Assembly (NCBI GenBank): GCA_012295275.1
Contig: CM022670.1
Span: forward strand, 13,826,001 to 13,890,000
Direction of reading: 5' to 3'
Source: Chrysomallon squamiferum
Lineage: Eukaryota > Animalia > Mollusca
Length of the DNA stretch: 64,000 nucleotides
Part shown: positions 36,701-49,800 of the stretch, in pieces
Layout of the letters: the number at the start of each line of letters is the position of its first letter
Numbering within the stretch: position 1 is the stretch's first letter
The notes under the pieces: model-generated
What the model saw: the letters and a program-made list of their open reading frames with translations, nothing else
Databases searched by the model: none
Told to the model about the DNA's origin: nothing
Position numbers and translations under genes: made by a program

Positions 36701-39700
36701 ACAAATTCTAACTGCTGAGGTTTAATGCTGTTACAGAAATCATCTGATAGCCAGCCAGCCACACATGACTTGTAACATATGTAAGATATTAGCCAAGAAA
36801 ATCTTATTGATTTATTGCACAATATTGTATGCTCTTATGGCTAGTGTAAGCAGTTGAAAGGGTTCCTTAGTTTATTTTTCTTTCATCTCTCTTTTTTGTT
36901 CATTTTTGCAATTTGGGAGTTTCATTTCAGTTTTTATAGCTGTAAGGTATTAGCCAAAATAACCATATTGATTTATTACATGACACTGCAATGGCTGAAA
37001 TGTGTATCCACGGCAATAATTAGTATGAGCAGCCGAAATGGTCACAGTTTTTGTTTCATCTCTTTTTTTGTACATTTTCATGATTTTGGAGGCTTCATTT
37101 CAGTTTTATGTTAGTTATTACTGATTTGTCTTTTATTAAATGTATGAAAAGGAATGTTTGTTTTTATTCTATTGACCTATTTCTTAACTGTCAATTTTAT
37201 GGGTGACAAAACCTTGTTAATTTATTCTTCTTTCTGTTTTCCTTTTTAATCCTTTGTGGCAAACAGTCAACTGCAAAAGTCTTGAAGCTGATATTTGAAA
37301 TTTTTTATGTTTTTAATTTTTTGTATTACTGCAGACTGTTTTCCCTAACCAATTTAAAGTAACATCTTAAAATATGGCAACATGCAATAATATTTAAAGG
37401 TTATATAAGAATCCATGAGTTAGTGGCAGCGTATTTTATCTTCTGTAAACATCATTATTATTATTTTTATTTTTTAAAGTCCAGACATCAGACATTTGAG
37501 ACACTAATGTTTATATAGCTGTAGCACACTTGATTTCCTTGCCTTAAGCTTTAATGTAATAGGACTGGGGCTAGTTCCTGTTTCTATTTGTATATACAAT
37601 ATTTCAGTTATATCACTAACGACAAGAGGTCAAGCACCACATTAGTGCTTTGATGTTATTAAAAAAAATCTCATTAAAGCTTCAGGTGTTTGTTTTTTGT
37701 TTTCTTTTTTTTAATTAAGTTGATGACAGTTCCATTTTCATTTATTTATTTATTTTAAATCTGTTTGTTTATATAGATTACTGTTATTATTATTTTTTTT
37801 TATTTTATTATTATTATTATTATTAATATTTTTATATATATATATAAATTAAATAATAAAACCTTAATTTAGTTTGTTTTAAAAACTCTATCATTTGGCT
37901 TGCTTGCAGTAAAATGCCCACCTCCTCTAAGGAACCGAGATTTTGTCACACAACGATCGTGGTTGGAAACTGGATCAGAATATTACATCATCAACCATTC
38001 TGTAAATCATGAGGTAGGATCTATAGAAACTTTTAACAGATATTTAATCCTCTTGATTTCATTATGTCGTTAACCATTGTGGATTCATGATAACAAAAAC
38101 TATGTAATATTATGTATATAATCCATCACGATTTTAACATAAGACAGATTATACAATTATTATGTAGATCATACATTAACATCATTTATGTAGATCTACT
38201 TATATGTATATAGTCATGTCCTACTGATAACAGGAATACTTTTGAATCACATAGGGTGTCCACTGTTTAAATAACAGAGGTATTCATGATATACATACAT
38301 ATAAGCAAGATAAATATTTACTTTGTAACAGGAGTATTTTTCTGTAAATTTCATAATAATAATAATAATTTGTATATATTTGAATGCACACACATACACT
38401 GTGTGTTTATATAATAAAGTAAGATACTGAAATAATAATAATTTATTTGTTATCTTATCAGTGTTGAAAAATTTTGCTTATCAACTGTGTTTTGATTATT
38501 ATTAGGCCTCTGGTTATATTTTATTTATGAAATATTTTCATAGCCAACAGGTAATAACATGTAGGTCATTGTCAGATATTTATTATTAGTAACTGATTAT
38601 TAGCAGTAACTATAGTGGACACTCTAGACATAGAAATCTTATTGCATTACTAACAGAATTGTGATTTTTGGGGTTGGGATGATGACTGACAATAATCTTT
38701 TTCTTTTCAATATACCCATTCCTGTATGTAAATCATGTCTTAGCATAGTTTGAATTAGCAAGTGTTTCGTGGTATTTCAGCACAAAAGTACCTGATGTTA
38801 GTATAGTGAGAAGTGAATCTTTGAATACTGGTATTAGTTGATTGTAAATTTATTTATGAATGTTGGGAATATGAATATAAAGTTAGGGTGATGGTAAAGC
38901 TCTTCTTTCTCATTCAAGTCTTGCCTTCATGTAAATCAGGAGAGATTTAGCCCTAAAAACTTTACTGAGCTCTGTCATTTTCAAACATTTTTGCAGGCAT
39001 ATTGTATGCATTCACATGCTTAATATTGATGCCACAAGGACATAAATACTTTAGAATTTTAAAATTTTGTTTAATGTCCAAATGTATTGTTTTTCATCAG
39101 TGGATGATAATGTTGATCAAAATTTAAAAGTGCTGCAATTAATTACAAATAATATTGTTAGTGCAGAAATCTCAGCAAAATTTTGTTTTTGTAACTGAAT
39201 TGTTTAATTATGTAAAAAAATATATGTTTATGGTCTTATGATCTTTCGAATATATTGAATTAATTATACTAATAATCAGTTCAGTTCTGTTTATTGTATG
39301 CTTGTGTGAAAACATGTATATTTATTTAATTAAATTATTATAATAATTTTACAATTTTGATTTTTATTCAGAACTGTCCACCAAAGAAAGGTTTTATCCG
39401 AGGAATTTCATTCTTTACTGGTTACTACATACAGAGGCTGGGAAACAACTCATGTCAGATGACATATGTATCACAGTCAGACCCCAAAGGTTTGTTTTAA
39501 TTAGTATTTCTTATTGTTAGAATTTAATTTTTAACAACTGAGAGAAAAAAGTACTTCTCTGATTTAACAGTTATTTCTTCTTGTTATGATTTGTTTTTAA
39601 AAACTGCAAAAAAACATTTGTATGATTGTTTTAGAATGTAATTTTTAACCACAGAAGAAACACATTTGGGTTTTTTTCATTAATATTTCTTATTACAGGA

Positions 39701-42700
39701 ACTTAAATGTTATAAAATGAAAATTCATATTTTTGTTAATACATAATTGGAGAAAAGCTCTGTATGAATGAATTGAATTTCTCAAAAGTACATTTTTATT
39801 TGTGTATATTCTCTTATAATCACTAGTCTTTAAATATAATGGTCCATTACCTATTTTTGATCAGTATATATCACATCACTGATTAAAACTGCAATGAACT
39901 TTTGAATAAATGATAACTGGGATCTGTCATAAAGACAATAATTCCTGTGTAAAATAACAAATATGTATTTATAACACTGTGTTTCACTTAATCAGTTAAG
40001 TGTAGTAAATAATCTCTTTTTTCAATAGTGTGACATCACTACTATAATTAATTAATATTTAACATAGAAAAAGAATAGTTTAAGAAGATTTAAAAAACTC
40101 CTCTTGTTAATAATTAATTTTTAACAAGAAGAAAAAGGACACTGTATTTACAAGTTTTCTATCAATAGTTCTTATTCCTAATATGACAAAGAACATTTTT
40201 ATTTGATGTCTTTCTTAATCAATTATTGTCATTGAAATTTAGTTTTTAACAAAATGAAAAAAACCAAAAAAAAAACCATTCATGCTGGTTTTAATAATGA
40301 TTTATCTTTAACAGAAGATAGGAAAAGTTTTTTTATTTAACATATATCAAACAATGTGACCTCTGATATTTTGACCATGATTGTAACATATTGACAACTA
40401 CATCCACTACAAAGAAGAAGAAAACTCGTGGTTTTTGTCTGATATTTAGTTACAGGCTCTAGATGAATGGTAGCATATTGATATTGACCTGAAGCATGCT
40501 TGGTTATAGCATTAATCCTCAATAGGGGCACAAGGCTATATTCTCATCTACCTAGTACATCAGTACTTGTTAATTAAAGGCCATGGTATGTGCTGACTTG
40601 TCTGTAGGAAACTCCATGTAACAGATCATTAAAATATGTACAGAGGAAAATAAATGTTTCACCATACTGGCGAAAATGTTAATAACGTTGTCGTGGCTAG
40701 CATTCGTCTTAAAGATTAATTTCCATTTTCTTAAAAAATAAAACTTTTTGAAATGTATATAGAATGCCAGTAAATACTGCTTAAACTACACGGTAATGAT
40801 TAATACTTAGACAGTGACATATATTTTTCAGTCTGTAATGTTAATTATTTTGTTGTAAACGTGTCACCTGTTGCACTGTATGCAGTTTGAAACAATAATA
40901 AAATATTGATTTTAATTATTATTGTTAATGTGGTTTAGACAGCAGCTTTTATTCCTTTTGTTTTTGTTTTCAGTCTAATGATAACATACATATACAAACA
41001 CACAAACACACACATGTATATAAATAGGAACAATTAAACAAACCTTAGGAAGCACATATTACTTCTCAGTAAATAGTAATCGTTCATTTCTTGTTTCTTA
41101 TCAATAATATATTTTATGTCTTGTATCAAAATAGTCAATATATACAATAAAAGAAACTGAGAAAATACAAAAAATACAAACATACTTATTTATATTATTA
41201 AAATAAAAAATTTTAACAACAAATTCCAAAAGAAAAAAAAGTTATAAAAAGATCCACCATTAAAATAGAAAATTGTCTTAATAAATGTTTTATCTAACTC
41301 AGAACAAATGAATTAAAATTAGTGTACCCTTCCCTTCCTTTTTCTTTACTCCTTTTTTCTTTTTTCTTTCTGTTCTTTTCTATTATATACTTTTTTAATA
41401 CAAAATACAGAAAATAAAAATAAATATATATATAACATATACAGTGGTACCTCCACTTACGAGTACCCCAACTTAAGAGTTTTTTGAGTCATGAGCAGTT
41501 GCTTGGGTGATTTTGTGCTTTGAGTTGCAAGCCAAAATCCAAGTTACGAGCAATCATCAGATATACTGCCGCTAGTTGGTGCAACAAACAATAAGCATCC
41601 AGCCAGCATCTTGCATCTCATTCGTTTACTTCACATGGTTACCTCACCGCAGAACCATCTCTGTTGTGTTGTGCTCGCATTTTTGTTCATTATTTTGCCA
41701 AATTTCTTTTTTCTGACCATGGATTGTAAGAAAGTGAGTGCAAAGGACAGTGCTGAGAAGAAGAAGTGGATGATGTCTGTTGAATTAAAGCATGAAATCA
41801 TAGAAAAACATGAGCGAGGTGTGCATATAGTTGGCTTGGTTAGGCAGTACAAGCGTAGTACCACACTGAAGCAGGAGTCAATAAAGGCTGTAACACCAGC
41901 CAAAGGTGTTAAAATAATTTGTCTGAGGTCCAAGATAAATACACTTTACAAACCAATTTATTTCTTTACATTCTCTTTTAGTTTGTTTTTATACAAAATT
42001 TGTCATTTATAAATACATTTTTCTTATTTAAAAATGGGGTGGTTTTGGGAGGGCTGGAATGGATTATTTTCAGTTGGGAAAATTAATTTGATATACGAGC
42101 AAACTGAGTTACAAGGAACAACTTAAACTCATAAGTCGAGGTACCACTTTATGTGTGTGTGTATATATAATATATATTCATTTAACTCTTTGTTTTTTAA
42201 CAGGAAAGTTACCTTCATGGGCAATGAACAAACTGACACACATCATGGCACCAAAGGTAAGAGAAAAATGTTAAAAATATTTAATATTAATCTCAGAAAA
42301 CATATGAAGATAACAAAATAAAAACAACTCACATATACAAGCACACCCACACACAACACACACACACACACACACACACACACATTTTAAACATTTGTTC
42401 AAATATATATCTGTTTGTGTGGGTGTTAGTGTGCGTGTGTGTGTATGTATGAATATGAGTGTATGTATAAAATTTATCTTTAGTTATGTTACTGTCTATT
42501 TTCATGTTCTATTTTTTAATCTGCATATTTCAGGTAATAAGCCGAGTGTACAAAGCATGCAAAAAGTATCACCACTGGAAGAGCAAACACAACCCTCATT
42601 TCAAGCCCTGGCTCAACCCAGAACAGATGATGTCTAACCTGCCCCGGTTCAACCCTTCAGACATCAAAGACATGAAACTAGCCGGCTCCAGTGAATCGTT

Positions 42701-42752
42701 ACTGGAAGACGGAGATCTCAACGAAGAGGACGTAAATGATGATGATTTATAG
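30748..42752 (+). CDS. STARD10: START-domain phospholipid transfer protein, STARD10/PCTP-like, complete, about 265 aa
   Basis: 6 exons: 30748-30903, 33799-33946, 37910-38013, 39372-39489, 42204-42256, 42534-42752 (TAG). Motifs: YDVLHDPEFRKTWD, NNDIGYYA, KCPPPLRNRDFVTQRSW, IINHSVNH, DPKGKLPSWAMN, KHNPHFKPWLNPEQ, acidic C-terminal tail. Confidence 0.93.
34390..34530. mobile_element. Degraded SINE 3' fragment, possibly the same family
   Basis: CTTGCTGTTAATC...TGTGGTTGCAGTAGATTTC...TAACCATATGT...AAAATATGTTGAGTGCATCCTTAAATAAAA. Recalled similarity only. Confidence 0.35.
40500..40630. mobile_element. Degraded SINE fragment, possibly Nin-domain type
   Basis: AAAGGCCATGGTATGTGCTGACTTGTCTGTAGG...GATC resembles my recollection of the conserved core of lophotrochozoan Nin-type SINEs. 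Not verified by search. Confidence 0.4.
41442..42149 (+). mobile_element. Non-autonomous Tigger/pogo (Tc1/mariner superfamily) DNA transposon, internally deleted, in STARD10 intron 4
   Basis: Left TIR CAGTGGTACCTCCACTTACGAGT (41442-41464) and right TIR ACTCATAAGTCGAGGTACCACTT (42127-42149) match at 20/23. Flanked by TA on both sides. Internal ORF remnant KKVSAKDSAEKKKWMMSVELKHEIIEKHERGVHIVGLVRQYKRST resembles the N-terminal HTH of pogo/Tigger transposases. No DDE domain present. Confidence 0.88.
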
Positions 42753-43112
42753 CAACATAAACTTAGAGCATTTTGCTGTGTATATATAACTTTGGTTATT
42801 TTACTTAAGTAGAGAAAGGGATGTAATTCTTATTTGTTTTTTTTGTTTGTTTTTCTGTTTTTTTTTTTTAATATTGAAAAAAAAAAAAAACTGAACATTT
42901 TTTTTTTAATGAAATAATTGCAGTCTATATGGCTATAGAACTTTCCATTCAACCATAGGAACCAAATTTCTATACATTTTTTGATACATTTTAATTCAGG
43001 TTTAAATTATGAATGGGATCTTTATTCAAAAACACAGTTAAATGAAAATAATCATTTGAGAACGCAACTGTAGATATAGATCATGAACTGTTTTCATTGG
43101 TGGGTAGAGCTT

Positions 43113-43152
<40 letters not shown>

Positions 43153-45764
43153 ATTAGCCATCTGCAAATCCATTTACAAGTCAGTTATAAATCTGTATAT
43201 ATCTGTTAAATATAAAAATTTATTCTGCTACACTGTAAAAAAAAATTCTACAGTATTTTTTTTATCTAATTTATATGTGATGTCTTTAAAATAAAAAGTT
43301 TAATTTGCTATATCTAGAAAAACAACAACAACTAAATGCATGGACTTTGTCAGTGAAATGTGTCAGAAGGAGTGACCCAGTTGGGACAGATATATTTTTA
43401 CATGGTCAGTTTCTTAAACACTAGGTTTGTGCAACATCTACTCATATTCTTTGTGATTGACAACAGTTCATGAAATGTTTTATTTATTTATTTATTTATT
43501 TGTTCAAGATCTCTTCAGTTAATGTGGTTGTGTGTATACTTTTGGTTTTGTACTGAAATTGTTTTAAATATGTAGACAGCTTGCCTTTATAGTTTAAAAA
43601 CAGTTTTGTCATTTTATGATTTTCTGTCTGATGAATTTTTATATACTAAAATATTAAAACTGAAAATGTTAGCAAAGTTAAAATTGATATCAGTGATAAA
43701 AGACTAGCAAGACCTGATATTGATTATTTCATTTTTTAGCACATTTATTTTCCTTCATCAAAAGATCTTCAGAATTTTAAATATTAAAATTCTGTTTAAT
43801 CAAATACTTTTGTTATCTGTAAAAAAAAGGCTTTTTATATTGTAGTCCCAAGAACAATTAAAACAGTTTCGAACAAATGTTTAACTTGAGTATGTAAGTT
43901 TTTGTTTTCTATTCAGACATAAAGTTATCTGCTTTTATTTGGCAGTTTTGGATGTTAAATTATTTATTTTATAATACAGAAATTAGCTGTACAGTTTAAC
44001 AGGTCTTATAATATACTCACTGAAAATGAAGTGATGTTTGTTTCTGAATTAACTGAGAACTCTCCTGGGCTGTTCTCATGTCCTAAATTAGAGATTAACA
44101 GTTGAGTGATGACTTCAACCAGTATAGAAAATATAATCATCAAAGCTGAATTTTAAGACTTGTTAAAAAAAAAAAAAAAAATCACAATTCCTTTTAAAGA
44201 ATATAACAGATAATGCTTTTAGTGATTTAGGGTGCTCTCTGTAGGTGCTAGTCATTATACATGTCTTTCACATTTCAGATTTTATTTCTGTAGATTCTGT
44301 CTCATTTTTTATTATTTATTATTTGCACATTTAACCACAGCCTTTTTTTACTGTTCTTATTTTGTTTTTGTTTTTCTCAATGTCTTGAACAAAAATCTGT
44401 TTTTTTTTTTTCATTTAATAGTCTGTATATAATTCATTACATGTAACTAAAGTTATTTTTACTGTTTTATCATGTGACCTTATTTGCATACTAACATAAT
44501 TTGTATGTACTTATGTATATGTGTGTATGTATGTATGTATGTATGTCTGACTGACTGTCAGATCTGTTTGTATCTTTTGTGTTTTAGGGTGGGTCCAATT
44601 AATTGATATCTGTCTGTTACTACTGGTATCTTTGATCAAAACCAGTATTTCTTATTCAGCCAACATACATTAACAGCCAAATATTTATTGATGGTCAGAT
44701 TTATCTTAACCTATAAAATCATATACACACATGAATGATAACTATTTTATAACTTACAATGCTTTTAGTGAACATTCGAAATAAAGCATACACATATAAA
44801 TTTAGTTTGGGAAACATAAATTGCAAAAAGATTTTTGTTATTTATTATTTTTGTTAATTATTTATTTATTCAAAATAATACTAAAAAAAAAATAAAAGAA
44901 ACAAAAAGAAAAATACTATACTGCAGAATTGGGTTTGATGTTAAATATTTTTTGTATATATCTGTAAATAATTCTTAGAACATGTTTGATTTTTAGCATT
45001 ATTTTTATCTGACTGATGTGAAGATAATAATGTACAGATTTAATTACAAAACTCTGGTGTGTGTAAGAAACATAAAGCTACTTGTCATGTTTTGTTTGCA
45101 ATACTGTGTCACTTTAGCTTAATTAAATATGTTGTTGTTTTTTTTGTGTGTTTTTTTTACTCAGCTTTAAATATGAAGCATTAAAATATTATAGAGAAAT
45201 AATTTTAATTTATCTTCTTTTTATTATTATTTTTGCATTTCATAATTTAGGTATGTCTTGTAGTCCTGGTGTTCAGTTAAGAGTTTATATATATATATAT
45301 TTTTAATTTCAGAGAAATATACAAATTAGAAATAATAATTGTTAGTTTCTTGGGGGTAAGTGTGTTGAAAACATTTGCTTTCATACAGATGAAAAAGATG
45401 TGTTGGAATCATTTAGTGATTAGGACAATAAAAAAAATATTTTAAAATTTTTATTTTGATTTATACTTTGAATTGTTACCAATAGTATTGACTTTCTTGA
45501 AGGGTCTTCTATATTAACACTTGCCATTAAAAATATTTAAAAAAAATCTAATCACCCTATGCAGAGGCTTTTCTTGTAGTTAGATTTTCCACAGACTTTT
45601 TGTGATATTTTCAGTGCATATATACATATATATATATATAGATAGAGATATATAGATATGATTTTACCTTTATTATTTTAAGAGCTTTTTTTTTATAATC
45701 TGATATTTATTTATTAGTATTTTGTTTTCTTGTTAGTATTATTACCAGTCAAAATTTTATTACC

Positions 45765-45800
<36 letters not shown>

Positions 45801-46325
45801 GCATCATCATCATCATCATTATTATTAAATAAACTTTTTTTATCACATTAAAAAGTTAATATTTTAGAATATATTTTTAAAGCATGTTACTGAGACCAGC
45901 TGTACTACTAAAATTTAATATTCGGGTAAATTGATCAAAAAACCAAATCTTTAGAAAATATTGAATTATGTTGTAAATATATAGATTTTTTAAAAGTCTG
46001 CTAAAGGTCACAAATCTTAGTACATTTTTATGTGTCCCTGTATAAACACTGTCACTGCTGACATGAATATGGGGTGAGATTTGCCTTAACTCTGAATGGG
46101 TAATAAGAATGAACATTTGTATTGCCTCTTATGTAGAGTTAATTGAAATCTAGCATCATATGTATGTTCAACATATATTTTTGTGTATGTTTGTGTGTAC
46201 ATAAGCATTTGTATGTATGTGTGTCTGTACATATGTGCATTTGTGTCTATATGTGTCTGTACTTAATTATATGCATTTAATTGTATATCTGTGGGTACAT
46301 ATATATACAACTGTGTATATGTTTC

Positions 46326-46361
<36 letters not shown>

Positions 46362-46654
46362 TGTATTGTTCTTTTATTTTTAAACTTTATTAGAATTTAT
46401 TTGTTTATTAGTCATAGTTTTAAATGTACTATATATTGTTTTGCACTTTGAAGTATAGATTGATTTTCATTTTGTCAGAATTTGCTTTAAATCATTAAGC
46501 TGATGTATTACACAGATAATTAAATTTTCCAAAGCAGACTGAATTACTCTTCAAATAATTATAATTTTTGAGATTATTAACTAAAAAATTATAATTTAAT
46601 GTTTTGAATGTAAACAGTACTTATTATTTAGTTATTTTACTCAAAATGCTCTTG

Positions 46655-46882
46655 CAAAATAATGGTGCCATTATAAAATGATATCTAACTGCAAAACTGT
46701 CATATTAATTTAATACTTGATTTCAAAATAAAGGTGCCATTACAAAATTATATCAAACTGCAAAACAGTTGTATTAATTTATTACTTGATTTCAGAATAA
46801 AGCTGCCATTACAAAATTATATCTAACTGCAAAAGAGCTATATTAATTTAATTCTTAATTTCAAAATAATGGTGCCCTTTAC
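46655..46882. repeat. 69-bp minisatellite, about 3.3 copies
   Basis: Units CAAAATAATGGTGCCATTAYAAAAT...TATTAATTT..TACTTGATTT start at 46655, 46724, 46793 and 46862. Confidence 0.85.
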
Positions 46883-49800
46883 AGCCAGGTTTTGTTAATT
46901 ACCCAACTAGCACATTTAACAGGTCCAAAGGTGGCCCTCATCTGAACCAGAAGACCATATTTGGACCTGATACATTTTATAGCTGGGTATTACTTAACTA
47001 CAAAATGATGCTGCTGTTGTTATAAGATGAAAGATTTTGCAAAATATGGTTTCTAAATTATTATGGTGCCATTGTGATAAGGAAAAAAAAATAGTTATGT
47101 AATATTTCTGTGGTCTCATTTCCATATTGCAGTTAATAGGTTTCATTTTCGAAACTCTGGTGGTGTTAGGGTAAGTTGCAAAATGTTTCAACTGTTTTTC
47201 AGAATGGTGGCCTTGTTAGCATCAGTTGCAGAATGGTTAATTTTTGACAGGATGTTTCATAATGTTGGTGCCAAAACATGCATTTTCATGATTCTTATAT
47301 ATTGATAGAGGTTTTAATTTATTGAAATACAGATGCTAATATTTTAAAGCACAAAATATTGTAATATATTTTGAATGAAATTGTACCAGTGTGTTATTGA
47401 ACGTTTCATTTTTGAATTTAATGTTTATATGAATGTACTATGTTTGTATGGCATTTTTACAGAATTCATTTTGAAAGAGAGAGTGGCTGGGACAAAGTGA
47501 GCGACAGGGATGAAGGTTTTTAGAAGCAGCAAGATAGTAGATTGGGGAAACAAACGTTATGGGGGAGTGAGTAAAAGAAAGGCTGAGAGATGTTGAGAGA
47601 ATGAGAATCATTGATGCTTACATAACTTTCAAATATTTTACAAAAAGGTTGATAATTTTCCAGAATCTTGTAATTTTAAAGTATGTGTTAAATTTCCAAG
47701 TTTGATTCAGATTTAAACTTTATGAATTTTTATTTTGTTCATATTTTCTCAGTTTATTATTTACTCTGTTTTTAACTGTCATTCTTTTACTTATTACATG
47801 TCAGTCTCTGTTTCTACTTCTAGTCATTATTTATATCATTCAGTTAACTGTTAATGAAATTTGTCTTTTAAATTTATAATATATTAAATACAATTTTTAT
47901 TACACTATATATATACCTGTCTGTATTTTTTCTCAAATATTTTATGTTATATAATATATACTACTTTATCTCTACATTTTGATTTATCATTTACACATCT
48001 ATCACCGTTTACAATGTTTTTTCAAAAAAGTATTAAGTTAATATATTTTGATTATATTTTAATATAGAAAATAAAAATAAAATAATATAATGGAATAGAT
48101 GTTGATTCCAATAATTATTATTAGTTTTCCTGTATAGTAAGTGCTGACATTAAAAGGTATTATATATTTCTAATTATTAAAACAATATTAAAGTAGCCAC
48201 TCTGTTTCTGCACCTATAGTCTTCTCTATTTCTTTATCCTATAGATTTATTTAGTTTTTTTTTAAAATATTATTAAATTTTATTTTTCATTTTATTATTA
48301 TTTTTTTTTAATTATTCTAACATTATGATGGAAACTATTATAATTATTATGTTAAACTTTTATATTTTGTGCTACATATTTGCTATATATAAATAAATTA
48401 ATTTCTTAAACTGATGCGATTCTATTGTTTCATTTTTTTTTTATTGCTGAAAAATTTTAAAGGTAACAGAAAAATCTGACATCTTTGAGTTTGAATTCTA
48501 ATAAGTTGAGAACAATTTATTAATCTTATAAAATTTCATCATTTTTCTTCTTCTTTTTTAAAAATGTGTTTACATCAGCCTCTATTTTTATTTTATTAAT
48601 TCAGCTGAATAAAATGTTTTTATTTAAATTATATTTTGTGCAGGCTTTATACTTAATAAAATACTGAGAGGTTATAGCAATAATTTTAACCTTAGAATTA
48701 TTATTTCTTTGTCAGTGCAGGTGAAATCTACAACTATATTGTTTCTATTACTGGCATACATTCTTATAGAATATATATTTATTATAGAATCATATATTAC
48801 ATCTTTTTTATTTCATTGATGGCATATTTGCTTTTACATTCATTACCAATATGTTCATATACAACTAAATTGTTTCATTTTGCTATAACTAAATGCATAG
48901 TGGTTAATTTGCTGGCTGTATAATATACATACATTTAAAACAAATCCTCATTTATATTGTATTCATTGCATTTGCTTTATTCAGTCATTACCATGAATAG
49001 AAATAAAAACATTTTACAAAAATGTTTTGTTTTATTTATCTTATTTACTTGATTTATGAATTTACTGTAACAAGATGGCAAAAAGCAAATTTTATATTTA
49101 GTGGGACAAGAAAGACTTTCATTAGTACATCCACTGGACAATTTATTGCTTCAGGTAAGTATGCTATGACTGACTGATATAAAAACTATTTTCTACTAAT
49201 GAAAATCTGTCTATGGAAAGGTATCCATCATGTTTGGAATTTCTTATTAACTATGTGGACCAAAATAAACCTGTCTTTAAATAAAACAATTTAAAAAAAA
49301 AAACTCAAAATAACTAAATGTTTATGTCCATAGCCTATTTTGGAAAACTGATCATGATGTTAAAGTAAACTCTTTTATTTCAATATTTACAAGTTTTATT
49401 TAGGAATTACTGGATCAGAGGATCAACATTTCTTTAATTCATTTTTATTTTGTTCCTTATTTCTTTGTATGAAAGGAAATTACAGAAAAAAAAGAAAAAA
49501 AAAAGAAGTATATTTCCAAAGAACAAACAAAACAACTAAACTGACTTGTAACCTCATTTCTTTGAAATTCGGTTAAGTATTTTATTACATGAACATGACT
49601 TGCACTCACAACAAATTAACATGTATGTACATATCATACATATATCTCACAATCTATATATTACATAATTATATTACACCCAGCAGAAATAATTTATAGT
49701 TTAGTACTTATATCTACATCACACTGTATCTCCTTCAAAATGTAAAACAATACGTTGTTATATGTAACAATATATTGAAGATGTGTCAGTTAAATAAAAT

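Noticed and set aside
14320-46882. CRISPR-like interpretation of the repeat arrays (14320-14880, 28370-28635, 46655-46882)
   Set aside because: The context is eukaryotic, whole units are homologous rather than repeat-spacer, and there are no cas genes.
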